DNA of 64,000 bases, taken from positions 1,736,001 to 1,800,000 of the forward strand of contig CATNEN010000008.1 of the NCBI GenBank assembly GCA_950097015.1. Reading direction: 5' to 3'. Position 1 is the first letter of the stretch, and each line of letters starts with the position of its first letter. The notes under the pieces are model-generated. The model did not search any database. It had not been told where the DNA came from and saw only the letters and a list, made by a program, of their open reading frames with translations. Source of the stretch: Macrostomum hystrix (lineage: Eukaryota > Animalia > Platyhelminthes). Below are positions 1 to 13,327 of this stretch, one piece after another. A program made the translations under genes and the position numbers.

Positions 1-1048
1 GTTGCTACCCAGTTTTGGATTGTCAGTTGCTACCCAGTTTTGGATTGTCAGTTGCTACCCAGTTTTAGATTGTCAGTTGCTACCCAGTTTTGGATTGTCG
101 GTTGCTACCCAGTTTTGGATTGTCGGTTGCTACCCAGTTTTGGATTGTCAGTTGCTACCCAGTTTTGGATTGTCAGTTGCTACCCAGTTTTGGATTGTCA
201 GTTGCTACCCAGTTTTGGATTGTCAGTTGCTACCTAGTTTTGGATTGTCAGTTGCTACCCAGTTTTGGATTGTCAGTTGCTACCCAGTTTTGGATTGTCG
301 GTTGCTACCCAGTTTTGGATTGTCAGTTGCTACCCAGTTTTGGATTGTCGGTTGCTACCCAGTTTTGGATTGTCAGTTGCTACCCAGTTTTGGATTGTCA
401 GTTGCTACCCAGTTTTGGATTGTCGGTTGCTACCCAGTTTTGGATTGTCAGTTGCTACCCAGTTTTGGATTGTCAGTTGCTACCCAGTTTTGGATTGTCA
501 GTTGCTACCCAGTTTTGGATTGTCAGTTGCTACCCAGTTTTGGATTGTCAGTTGCTACCTAGTTTTGGATTGTCAGTTGCTACCCAGTTTTGGATTGTCG
601 GTTGCTACCCAGTTTTGGATTGTCAGTTGCTACCCAGTTTTGGATTGTCAGTTGCTACACAGTTTTGGATTGTCGGTTGCTACCCAGTTTTGGATTGTCA
701 GTTGCTACCCAGTTTTGGATTGTCAGTTGCTACCCAGTTTTGGATTGTCGGTTGCTACCCAGTTTTGGATTGTCAGTTGCTACCCAGTTTTGGATTGCCA
801 GTTGCTACCCAGTTTTGGATTGTCGGTTGCTACCCAGTTTTGGATTGTCAGTTGCTACCCAGTTTTGGATTGTCAGTTGCTACCCAGTTTTGGATTGTCA
901 GTTGCTACCCAGTTTTGGATTGTCGGTTGCTACCCAGTTTTGGATTGTCATTGGATTACATATTCAGTTGCTACCCAGTTTTACATATTTAGTTGCTACC
1001 CAGTTTTACATATTTAGTTGCTACCCAGTTTTACATATTCAGTTGCTA
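1..1048. repeat. 25-bp minisatellite (GTTGCTACCCAGTTTTGGATTGTCA), ~40 copies, intronic, runs off the window edge
   Basis: Period 25 read directly. The last units degenerate to GTTGCTACCCAGTTTTACATATTYA just before the minus-strand donor at 1064. Confidence 0.97.
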
Positions 1049-1064
1049 ACCGAATCAGACTTAC

Positions 1065-1563
1065 TTTAGCAAGCATAAATTGCCGAGCAGCGCTCGTTGA
1101 CACCTAGTCAGCACCCGATCCCAGCTAAATAGATACAAGCAGCCGCCGCAGGCAATCAAGGCTCCCGGCTGTAGGGCAGCCGGTCGGTCCTCCGTCACCG
1201 GCTCCCAGTTGACAAACAGGGAGGCAGCAGAGGTGGCAATCTCGGCCCAGGCGCCAGAAATTTCGATTCGCACATTGAATTCCTCTTTACATCCGTTGCC
1301 ATTGTCGCCCGTGTCAATGTCGGTGGCTTCAAAGGTTGGAGGAGACACTCGAGTAACGTCGTCATTGGCCAGAGGTATTATAGATACACTGGCTGAGCCT
1401 GCAGAAGAATACGACGATAACAGAAGCAACAGATGCGGCTCGGGAGCGGAAAGGACAGCTTCGCCAATACAAGGAGATGATACTTGAAGGCCGGGCAAGG
1501 CCGCGACTAGATCAGGATCGGTGCACAATGATCTGGTCTGCATTGACTGCTGCGCTGATGCTG
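1065..1563 (-). CDS. Internal exon of a gene continuing leftwards, encoding an FHA-like domain of kinesin-3/PHLDB/afadin type
   Basis: GC-rich open frame PHLLLL..SIIPL..TRV..FVNWEPVTEDRPAALQPGALIACGGCLYLF resembles this FHA subtype. Strong donor AAA|GTAAGT at 1064; acceptor TCTTCAG near 1564 is approximate. The ORF-track start is TTG, not a true ATG. Confidence 0.5.
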
Positions 1564-4500
1564 CTGAAGATTTTGCCAATATGGTGATAGTTTGATGAAT
1601 TTCTTATTGACTGGGTAACCAGATTATCTACTAAGACATTACACTTATTTAAATATATATTATTTGCTTTGATGTGTCTTAGCTGTATAACCAGCTCAAA
1701 ATAATTTGAAATATATATATCCTTTAACATAGGCTGCTATCTAGAAATGTATTTGTTCGAACATAGAAATATAGATTATAACTTTTGTGACATTTTCTTC
1801 CTAATTATTTATCTAACCAACTTTTTGGTTTGAATTAGTGGTTCACTGGTTCTCTTTTTCGATATTCTGTCTAATTAGAATTTTTGCAAGAAATAAAGTC
1901 CAAGACTTGAATAAGAAGAAAGTAAAAATGTAAGTAAAAAAGGCTATGGCCTAAAAAGCCAATTCATTTTTTTGTAAAAATGCAAAAATTATTATTGTTA
2001 AGGATGCAGTAGGCCTACCTATTATCATTGTTTTCTCATTATTCTTTCCTTTCTTCAGAGGCATTATTATATAGCTCCATTTGGTTATTTCTACAATGGA
2101 TTGAATGAAACTAATATATGACAGACAAAATATAGCTAAAGTACAATGTTTGCCAATAGTAAAGTAAATTATAAAAAAATACTATAGCATATGTACAGCA
2201 TCATAGTACATTGAAAAAGATAACAATTTTTTGGATTGGTCAGGATTAGGAACAAAAATATACATCAAAACTCAGATCAGATTAAGGCAAAATAATAGTT
2301 GAACCTAGAATCTATAGATGACAAACCCTAAAAAAGTAGTAAATGTGTATTAAAAATTGGTGGCATTAAAATGCTAATTACTAAAGAAGGCATTAATGCT
2401 ACTTTTTTGTTTGTGTGCATCTGTGCAGGTTTTTTGAAGATTCATTTTTGACACTGCAAAGATCTATTTTGTAGCAATTGTTAGGAATCCTTTATACAAC
2501 AGCAAGAAGTAACGTTGGCAACAACAATTTTGGCAACAAGCTACTTTTTCAACAACAATTTCAGAGATGATGAATTAATTTTTTTAATCAGTTACATAAA
2601 ATAACAAATAAATTGTTTTTATTTTTTAACAAGCAAATGGCAATTCATTTTAGCAAAATTAAATGAAAATAAGGTAAAGTTCATGTACCTATAATGTTCA
2701 TGTAAGTAAAATGCTGAAAGATTGTCAAAGGTAAAATGTAGATTTAGTAAAAGAGAAAAAGGAAAAATTAAGTTCATGAATAATGTAGCCTATGATAACA
2801 ACACATACAAATGATATTTTATTGTCCAACAAGGCCATTCAATTTACTGTAGACAAGCAGGACCTAGACCTGGTGCCAAGCTCATACTCAGCCTAGAAAT
2901 GTGGCAATGTGCTATTTTTTGTCAAAGGCCTATGCAATTTACACTCCTATTTTCTTTTTACATTATTGTTACTCTCTTTGTTTTAAGTCACCACTTTTAA
3001 TTCACACAGCAACTAGGGCGTAGTATGGAAATAAATTGTTGAAATGTTTGTTGCCAAAGTGGTTTGTCACCAAGTATACCATGGGCCATGGCATTAGTAG
3101 CTAGGCAGCTAGGCTAGGGGTCTGGTTACACTGTAACACTGATACTGCTAGCAACAGTCTAATAAAAGAAAAACATAGTACATTGACACGACTTGTGATG
3201 CTAAGAACTTCAGACATTGTTAGGTAGGCCTATGTTGCATATCAAAGGCCTATAGGCCTAGCTGTTTATATTGGAATAATGTACAGTGCTGTATGTCCCT
3301 AGACCAAAATAGTTTTTGGCATTCAGGCTAACTCAAAACTAACAACAGTTAAGCCAGCCTTTAAAATTAAATTAACTAAAACAACGTTTGTATAAGAACA
3401 GCTAAAGCTAATGACTAAGACTATCACTTATCAGATGTAAGTTATAACATAACAAAACGAATTTAATTGTGCGAGCTAGTTTCCACATGCTCTTTTTGAA
3501 AAAAATTAAAGTTTTGCACCAAGACACTAAATGTTACTTTATCAATGTAGTCTTATTTACGTATAGGCCCTATATTAGGCCTATTTGCTGAAGCATGTGA
3601 CCCAGACCCAGACCAAGCTTTAGACGACAATTTTTAACCCTCTACGTTTTAAGAAAAGCACTAACTCTTCATAATGTTGTATGATGCTCTTGCTACTTTT
3701 AAATATGTTCCTTATTTGTATTTTCCATTTCATATTTTATTGTTCGCGATGTTATTCTATTATTCTATTCTGTATTCGTACCGTATTTCCTCTTAATTTA
3801 TTGCGCGTATTGTACTTTACTGTATAACTATAAGTATAAGTAATTGTTTTAGGCCTACCGTATGCCTATGACACTTAAATACTGCATTGTCATCGCAAAC
3901 TCTTATACTGTACACTGAGAGGTTCAGAATATATAAATACATTTATGGTGATTGGCGGCCAGACCGGTGGCGCTCGGTGGGTTAATTTCTCAAATTCGGC
4001 CTTGTAACCATTTGCAGTTGCGTTGTGTATTGTTCATAATTTAAATGCCTTGGCAACAGGTCCATTTGTGTTACAACAAGTCTTTTAAAATGAAAACTTT
4101 CCAAGAAAGTAGAAGTAACACAACAAAAACGTATTTGCGACACTTCTTGCGATTCAAAATGTAAGCAATTTTTATAGAATTTCGTTAGAAAATTACATAG
4201 TCATAATTAATGTTCGATGTGCAATCACCCCGTGCTCGCACGCAAGCCGCAAATGGCTACTCTGAAAAATAAGGTCGGTATACTGCCGCAAGTTACGATA
4301 TTTATTACGAGTATTATTGAGTTAAATTATTGACAACCGTGTTGCCACTGCTTAGTTCCTGATTCTTAGCTCAGGTCAACTCATCTATTTCTTAGTAAAT
4401 CATTACGAGCATATAGTGCCTCATTCATTTTGTAAATTTGAGATCTTTGTGCACAGCAACACCATATGGCTTTATAATTTAATGATAAATGGCCCACTGA

Positions 4501-5233
4501 ACATAGTTCAGCTGCAGCTTCTATTGATTGAGTCTAGGAGGTATCGGACTTAAATTGCCCCTATTATACGCTATGTACTGCAGCGCTTGTTTCATCGATC
4601 TGTAGATAGATTCTTTATGAAGTTTTGATTTAAAAAGTTTAATCGGGGTTTGTACAATTATTACTAATTTGTATATAGCTAGTCATATATACACGTATAT
4701 AGGCAGTAAAGGCTCGTTCACACTGCCTCAAGAGGCCAAAAATCAGGATTTTACGTCCTTTTTTATGACCATTCAACTAAAAATCGCACAAAATGTATCA
4801 CAAAAACGAGTCATTTGATGGCCATGCAGTCTTTATGAGCAAAATAAAACCGATGAACAAAAAAGTACCACATAGTGAGTATACAAATCCAGGCCAGTAA
4901 AATTGTGTCGGCAGCAAGTCAGCAGCAAGCCCATAATACTTGTACGTGCCAAGTGCCAAGCTTGTATATAATTATCTCTACACGTAGTTCCTCCGTTTCT
5001 CATGCAGCCTTTTATTTACATGCACGCGCAGGTAAATACGTACAGTGTTCTAGCAAATTCCCTTGCAACACTATAGCATATACAAAAATACGAGAAACTT
5101 ATAAGCAATGTGACCACTTCCCAGCCGTTGAAATTTCAAGCTATATTATACTCGTATATTCATTCGAGAGGAGCACAGAAGCAAAAAAATTGTTGCACCA
5201 AACACAATCACTAAACGCACCCGATAAAAAGCA

Positions 5234-6536
5234 ATGAACTTCCCGCTTCCCAGACTAACGGTGCCAACCTTCACCCCGATGACACCGGACGGGGAAGTCG
5301 ACTACGCCAAAATTCAGCCGTACGCGCGCCTACTGAGCGACTCCGGTGTCCGCAGCGTTTTCGTCTGCGGCAGTACAGGCGAATTTCCCAGCCTAACGCT
5401 GGACGAACGTCGTCGTGTTCTGGAAGCCTGGTGCCAGATTAAAGCCGACGGTATCATCGACGTGGTTACTGCTCAGGTTGGCACCTGCTGTTTAAAGGAT
5501 ACGATCTTGCTCGCTCGACATGCCGTACAAAAGTGCAATGTTGATGCTGTGGCGGCCGTTGCTCCCTGGTACTTCCCAGTCGATCAGGTGGACGCCACAG
5601 TTGACCTGCTAGTTAAAGTGGCTGCCGAATGCGACGGCAAGCCCTTCTACTACTACCACATACCGCTGTTCATCAACAGCACGCTGAACGTGGCGGATCT
5701 GATGCGCCGTGCCGCTGTTCTCATACCTAATTTGGTCGGACTGAAGTTCACGGACGCGTCACTGACCCAACTGGCCGCCTGCTCGGAGGTCACCGCGCCA
5801 GATGGCCGCCGGATGCAGGTTTTGTTTTGCTTGTTGACACTTTGTGTTTGTGTATTTTTTAATGACACTGTAAATGGGTGGAAATTTGTATCACGGTTAC
5901 CATTGTCTATGGGCCACAATATTACTGTACATCCATTGCCCATGGGTCACTATTGCAGTACATCTATTGTCTATCGAACAGCTATACAATAGATGTATTG
6001 TCTATTGTCTATTGTCTATTGGTGCGCTCGTATTATCGATCCCCTAGACTAGTGATCAAAAGAATTCAGTTTGGTCTACGAGTAGATAGGATAAAATCAT
6101 GAATTTTTCCTTGAATCAGCATCTGAGTCTTTAAACCAACCGAAAAAACCTCGACAAAAACTAGGCTCTCGTTGGCCTGGACGACCTAACGCTACCGGCT
6201 CGTGCTGTCGGAATCCGGGAAGGCATCGGCGCCAGCTATAACCTGATTCCGGACATTGTGAATTCGCTGGCCGATAGTCTGGACTCCGGCGACTTGGACT
6301 CAGCCAGGCGACAGTCGGCCAGGATCCGGACCCTGTTCAACGGCATCTCAACGGCTGTGGACGGCTACGGCATGATGTCGCTGCTGAAGGCGACAATGTC
6401 GCTGATGCGCATGGATCTCGGCCCGCCGCGCCTGCCGCTGAAACCTTTGAGCGCGTCGGCTCGCATCATCCTGGAGCAGCGGCTGTGGCATGACGGCTTC
6501 GTCTCGAGAAACGACACAGCAGCGCAGGAGCCTTAA
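5234..6536 (+). CDS. NPL: N-acetylneuraminate lyase (DHDPS/NanA class I aldolase family), 2 exons, 318 aa
   Basis: Exons 5234-5818 and 6165-6536, phase-0 intron GT..AG. Motifs: TPMT..G, GSTGE, FYYYHIP, Schiff-base Lys in GLKFTD, GLDD, GASYN, MDLGPPRLPL. Confidence 0.9.
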
Positions 6537-6610
6537 AAGCAGCCGGCCCACTTATCAACGCTATATTACACAAACAATTAACAGGCGATTGGACTAATTC
6601 TAAAATTTAA

Positions 6611-6909
6611 AATAAAGTTATTTCCTGAGCGATTAAAAATCCAAGTTTATAATAAAATTCCCTGATTCACATCGAGAAGTACAAGTGAGTGTATGTCTTA
6701 AAAAGCACGCAAATGTCAGAAATATTAGTAATCAAATGACTAATATCCAATAGAGCTGCATCGATGTCAGCTGAGCTGCAACTTTTAAAGCAGCTAACGC
6801 GTTACTAACTATGAAAGCATCAGCTTTTTGTTTATTTCTGCGAGTAATCATTATATTTAGCATTGTAGGCGCGTAGTACGCTCATAAGTAATATGATGTG
6901 CACTTTATT
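6611..6909. promoter_or_regulatory. Candidate poly(A) signals of the convergent NPL (+; AATAAA 6611, 6651) and GABA-receptor (-; AATAAA at 6831, 6904) genes
   Basis: Hexamers seen downstream of both stop codons. Usage is not demonstrated. Confidence 0.4.
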
Positions 6910-7261
6910 AGATGAAGAAAGCTTGTAAGTCAAAACACGTTTAAAAGCAAAGTTCACATATAATTATCAAACTGCTCGTGCCTTATCGGTTTTTGAGGTT
7001 CTAAATTGGCTGGGGCTCCTATCGTAAACTATTGTAAACTCGTATTTACCACTAATACTTTAAACGCCTTAAATCTGATCTCGGTCAAAATTTCCTCAAA
7101 TACTAAGTTGCTTAAGATCGTCAAATGATGATCATCTGAATTGTATGAATTGGCAAAGTACATGTAGATAAAGTACACATACATAATAATACGTGCTGCT
7201 TGCGTGACCTTGCAATATTTGTCACACGCCGTGACCTTGTGATTTCCATCGCGTCCTTAAA

Positions 7262-10200
7262 TCACGCCATATTGTCGTGCAGCTCGCTATGGCCCATCAG
7301 ATGGTCGCCCGGTGCAAATCGAATCCGCTTCAGGTAGGTCAGCCAGTACAATACGTTGATTGCCGTGAACGCTGTCGGAAAAACCACCTTGGCTACCTGG
7401 TCGATTCGCGACACTGAGTTGATGCGAGCCGAGCGACGCCTTTGTCGGCGTTTGTCCGGCCCCTTCAAGCAGCTGATGACCTGGCGAAGACACAGCAGCA
7501 TGCGCGCTAGCATCGACGGCTGTGCTCGATTCTTCGCCAAACCGACGGCGGTCAAGGAACGCCTCACAGTGGGTGTCTGAAGCGTGGGTGTGTAGAAGCG
7601 CGTCTGTACTTTCGTACTGTACGAGAAAGCTAATTGGACCCGCGATTCAGACACTCACATCCACTCGAAGCGACCTCCGGCCGGTCACTTGCGCCAAATG
7701 ATTGCTTCTACGCCTGCCGCCTAAATAGGTGATAATGTGGCGAGCGTTGTTTCCACTCTCGCCTTCGTTATCGTTGCCATTCTCGATGTTGTTCTCAACG
7801 TTCACGTAATCTTCAACTCCGCTAATGTACTGACACTCGTTGCACTCGTCGGAGTCTTCACTCTCATCGTCGTCATCAAAGTCGTCCTCAAGCGACGGCT
7901 CGCCGTAGCCAGACTTCGTGAAGTGATGCACGCAGGCGAATTCCACAATGCTGCCAATTAGAAAGCTGTAGCAGGTGACAATGTAGTAGTCCAAGGCCGT
8001 GGCATACCCAACCCGGGGCAGGTCCTGTCGGCTGTCGTGACACAGCGTCGTCAGTGTGAGCACGGTGGTGATTCCAAGGGAAACCCGGTCGGCTGTGGCC
8101 TCGCGGTTGATCCAGAAGCTGACCCACGATAGTACGACCAGGAGGCCGCAGGGCAGATACACCTTGCAGTAATTTAGTTAGGTAGAAGTGCTTTTGCTTA
8201 TCGCAAATAGACAAATATTCTTCTATTCAGCTGACTGGTGTTGCAGGTGGAGTCTTACGGTAGACATTAGGCTGGGTAGACAAAAGACAGGGTAGAGAAG
8301 AAAGAGGGGAGAGATGAGGCAAGTTGGAGATAAGACAGGCTAAAGGTGAGACAGGTAGAGATGAAACAGGGCATAGATGAGAGGGTATAGATGAGACGCG
8401 GGAGAGGTTAGACGAAGGAGAGATTAGACAGTGACACCTGTCCCTCACGATGAGACGGGTGAGAGATGAGAAGGGAAAGAGATGAGACAGGTGAGAGATG
8501 AGAAGGGGAAGAGATGAGACGGGTGATAGATGAGAAGGGAAAGAGATGAGACGGGTGAGAGATGAGAAGGGGAAGAGATGAGACGGGTGAGAGATGAGAA
8601 GGGAAAGAGATGAGACGGGTGAGAGATGAGAAGGGAAAGAGATGAGACGGGTGAGAGATGAGAAGGGAAAGAGATGAGACGGGTGAGAGATGAGAAGGGA
8701 AAGAGATGAGACGGGTGAGAGATGAGAAGGGAAAGAGATGAGACGGGTGAGAGATGAGAAGGGAAAGAGATGAGACGGGTGAGAGATGAGAAGGGAAAGA
8801 GATGAGACGGGTGAGAGATGAGAAGGGAAAGAGATGAGACGGGTGAGAGATGAGAAGGGAAAGAGATGAGACGGGTGAGAGATGAGAAGGGAAAGAGATG
8901 AGACGGGTGAGAGATGAGAAGGGAAAGAGATGAGACGGGTGAGAGATGAGAAGGGAAAGAGATGAGACGGGTGAGAGATGAGAAGGGAAAGAGATGAGAC
9001 GGGTGAGAGATGAGAAGGGAAAGAGATGAGACGGGTGAGAGATGAGAAGGGTAAGAGATGAGACGGGTGAGAGATGAGAAGGGAAAGAGATGAGACGGGT
9101 GAGAGATGAGAAGGGAAAGAGATGAGACGGGTGAGAGATGAGAAGGGAAAGAGATGAGACGGGTGAGAGATGAGAAGGGAAAGAGATGAGACGGGTGAGA
9201 GATGAGAAGGGAAAGAGATGAGACGGGTGAGAGATGAGAAGGGAAAGAGATGAGACGGGTGAGAGATGAGAAGGGAAAGAGATGAGACGGGTGAGAGATG
9301 AGAAGGGAAAGAGATGAGACGGGTGAGAGATGAGAAGGGAAAGAGATGAGACGGGTGAGAGATGAGAAGGGAAAGAGATGAGACGGGTGAGAGATGAGAA
9401 GGGAAAGAGATGAGACGGGTGAGAGATGAGAAGGGGAAGAGATGAGAATGGGAAGAGATGAGAAGGGAAAGAGATGAGACGGGTGAGAGAAGGGAAGAGA
9501 TGAGAAGGGAAAGAGATGAGACGGGTGAGAGAAGGGAAGAGATGAGAATGGGAAGAGATGAGAAGGGGAAGAGATGAGAAGGGGAAGAGATGAGACGGTT
9601 CGAAGGGGCCAGGAGTCGGATTTGGGAGCTTCACGGTGCCGACCTGATGACTAGACTAGTTAGTTGCACAGTACTTTCCCCCGTACACATATCAAAGCAA
9701 TATACTGCTGAAAATAGTATACTGGTTTGAAACGGTACCAGCAAACGGTGCAAGGCCTGTTTGAAGCTGCAGAGACAGGAAATTGTGGCAATGTCGTAGA
9801 AAGCGCGCCTTTCTTTCTTTTTTTTAAACCAGAGCATGAATAATTGTGTTTAGCTAGCAAAAGCAGATGAAAAAGCGCAGTGCGCACCTCTTCCGTTAGC
9901 TTAATTTTTTATATTTAAACCTACCTGGATAATAAAAAAGCCGGTGTGTCGTACTAAGTGAAAGTACACGGACAATACTGAAAAATTTCCGCGCCGAGTG
10001 ATGCGAAAGTATCGCCTGACCTCCGGACTGGTAGTGAGGTTGAACTGGGACAAGGTGACGTTTGTTGAGATCACTACCGGGGCACGTTCGATGCCGGCCG
10101 TCACCTGCTTCCACCTGTAGATTATGTCCGTGCTCGGATAACCGTAGCTGCCAAATATTAATGGGCACACTTGCTCGTCCATGGGAAAATACCTGAAAAA

Positions 10201-13200
10201 GGTTTGGATGAAACTGGCAGAGTAGAGTCTTCAAATGATAGTGGTGGAGTAGAGTCTTCAAATGATAGTGGTGGAGTAGAGTCTTCAAATGATAGTGGTG
10301 GAGTAGAGTCTTCAAATGATAGTGGTGGAGTAGAGTCTTCAAATGATAGTGGTGGAGTAGAGTCTTCAAATGATAGTGGTGGAGTAGAGTCTTCAGGGTA
10401 GATGATAGTGGTGGAGTAGAGTCTTCAAATGATAGTGGTGGAGTAGAGTCTTCAAATGATAGTGGTGGAGTAGAGTCTTCAAATGATAGTGGTGGAGTAG
10501 AGTCTTCAGGGTAGATGATAGTGTTGGAGTAGGGTTTTCAAGGTAGATGATAATGGTGGAGTAGGGTCTTCAGGGTAGATGATAGTGGTGGAGTAGGGTC
10601 TTCAAGGTAGATGATAGTGGTGGAGTAGGGTCTTCAAGGTAGATGATAGTGGTGGAGTAGGGTTTTCAAGGTAGATGATAGTGTTGGAGTAGGGTTTTCA
10701 AGGTAGATGATAGTGGTGGAGTAGGGTTTTCAAGGTAGATGATAGTGGTGGAGTAGGGTCTTCAGGGTAGATGATAGTGGTGGAGTAGGGTTTTCAAGGT
10801 AGGTGATAGTGGTGGAGTAGGGTTTTCAAGGTAGATGATAGTGTTGGAGTAGGGTTTTCAAGGTAGATGATAGTGGTGGAGTAGGGTCTTCAGGGTAGAT
10901 GATAGTGTTGGAGTAGGGTTTTCAAGGTAGATGATAGTGGTGGAGTAGGGTTTTCAAGGTAGATGATAGTGGTGGAGTAGGGTCTTCAAGGTAGATGATA
11001 GTGGTGGAGTAGGGTTTTCAAGGTAGGTGATAGTGGTGGAGTAGGGTTTTCAAGGTAGATGATAGTGTTGGAGTAGGGTTTTCAAGGTAGATGATAGTGG
11101 TGGAGTAGGGTCTTCAGGGTAGATTATAGTGTTGGAGTAGGGTTTTCAAGGTAGATGATAGTGGTGGAGTAGGGTTTTCAAGGTAGATGATAGTGGTGGA
11201 GTAGGGTTTTCAAGGTAGATGATAGTGTTGGAGTAGGGTTTTCAAGGTAGATGATAGTGTTGGAGTAGGGTTTTCAAGGTAGGTTTGAGTAGTGTTTTTT
11301 AGTTTTTGAGGCAAAAGTATCGATTTTACCTGAGATGCATCGGACAGGACGCCTTCACCGTGAGTCGCATGCTATACAGAATCTCTCCGTTGGGATAAAG
11401 CCGGATTAGTTTGTTCGGGGTAGTCAGGGTGTGCATGTAGGAGCCCTTGCCGTTGATGAAGTAGGTATCCGGCTTCCAGATATTGTCCAGCATCCGCATA
11501 CTAAGAATCAGGCCTGGAGAGTTTGGAAATTCGTATTGGTTGGTGCCGGATGGAGTGAGGTGGTTGGCAGAGAGAGTGAGGTGGCTGGCAGAGGGAGTGA
11601 GGTGGTTGGCCAAGGGAGTGAGGTGGTTGGCCGAGGGAGTGAGGTGGTTGGCAGAGGGAGTGAGGTGGTTGGCAGAGGGAGTGAGGTGGTTGGCAGAGGG
11701 AGTGAGGTGGTTGGCAGAGAGAGTGAGGTGGTTGGCAGAGGGAGTGAGGTGGTTGGCAGAGGGAGTGAGGTGGTTGGCCGAGGGAGTGAGGTTATAAAAG
11801 AGAGTTGGTACGAGACATGTCTGGACGCGAGAAAAATGTTTTCGTCTAGCGATTAAGGACTATTCAAATATATAAAACTCGATTTTTTTAACTGGTAACT
11901 AAGATCTTTGATAATCTATTTTCCTAGTTGCTTAAGTCAAGCCAAAAACTGTACCACTACGTCAGAAATCAATGTCTGCTTAAATTTCCAGATAATATCA
12001 GTCAGTTCTCTTGTCAGTTTAGACCAGAACAGTGTGTTGTACTCAACTGATAAATTTACAATCAATAGTCCGACTAGCATTTACAATTTATGCTATGGAT
12101 GTGGAGAAAAATTCCAACTTAGACAGCCCCTACACAGAATGAGACGAATTCGAGTCTGATTGTTTGTGTTGCTCACATAGAAACCCCGCATGATTTGCAG
12201 CGAAGTTTAAGGATGTACTTGTCAAGTAATGTACAGTCTATCGCGTAGGGTCTTTGAGTTAAGATAAGGATTGGAAGTAGTCTTGTGTGTTATCTTTGAG
12301 TTAAGATAAGGAGTGGAAGTAGTCTTGTGTGTTATCTTTGAGTTAAGATAAGGAGTGGAAGTAGTCTTGTGTGTTATCTTTGAGTTAAGATAAGGAGTGG
12401 AAGTAGTCTTGTGTGTTATCTTTGAGTTAAGATAAGGAGTGGAAGTAGTCTTGTGTGTTATCTTTGAGTTAAGATAAGGATTGGAAGTAGTCTTGTGTGT
12501 TATCTTTGAGTTAAGATAAGGATTGGAAGTAGTCTTGTGTGTTATCTTTGAGTTAAGAAAAGGAGTGCTAGATGACGTGGGTATCGTCATTGAGATAAGA
12601 TAAGGAGTGGAAGTATTATTTGGTGCTATCCTTCAGTTAAGATAAGGATTGGAAGAAGTCTTGGGTGTTGTCCTAAGGTTAAGATTAGGAGGACTGTGGG
12701 GGGTCCTTTAGTCAAGTTGAGGAGTGCAGATTGAGTATTTTCAGATAAGATTAAGTGGCAAAGTACATAAGTACATAAGTGCATTAACTGCTACAGCGGC
12801 ACAGACCAGTGGACATGTTGTTGGATATGTTGAACATGTCGTAGCGCAGTCTCGGATCTTGCCAGCGCTGTCGGAAGTACAGATCGAGCGCGTAGTCCAT
12901 GTGCAGCTCGCTGATGGGTCCCATTGACCGGATGTTGATGTAGGATGTGATCACTGTAGCCTCCGCGTCCTTAACAACGGGCCTTAGAGACTTGTCGTAG
13001 CCTGAGTTTTTTTTTGAAGAGTTGGGTTTAGCCTTTTTGACACGCAAAAATTTAGCAAAATGTGAATACTTTGCTACGCCAGAGTAAAACTTTAGCGAGC
13101 GGATTATCAGACGAATCGCTGGCATTAAAAGCGTGTACTTTAAAAATCAATGGAACGTAGCTGTACTTTTGCGTGCTTTAGAAAATACTCCAATGATAAA

Positions 13201-13230
13201 ATTGTCTGTCTGTCTGTCTGTTTGTCTGGC

Positions 13231-13327
<97 letters not shown>

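Noticed and set aside
2-1069. Long ORFs (up to 300 aa) in the 25-bp array
   Set aside because: Stop-free frames of a tandem repeat inside an intron; non-ATG starts and no protein-like complexity.
4875-5237. 120-aa ORF overlapping the NPL start
   Set aside because: GTG start, AT-rich, no motifs; probably promoter or 5'UTR.
5819-5992. NPL ORF extension VLFCLLTLCVC..
   Set aside because: Intron read-through; homology resumes only at exon 2 (6165).
8408-9634. 408-aa Ser/Leu/Pro/His ORF
   Set aside because: Translation of the 16/32-bp array within a GABA-receptor intron.
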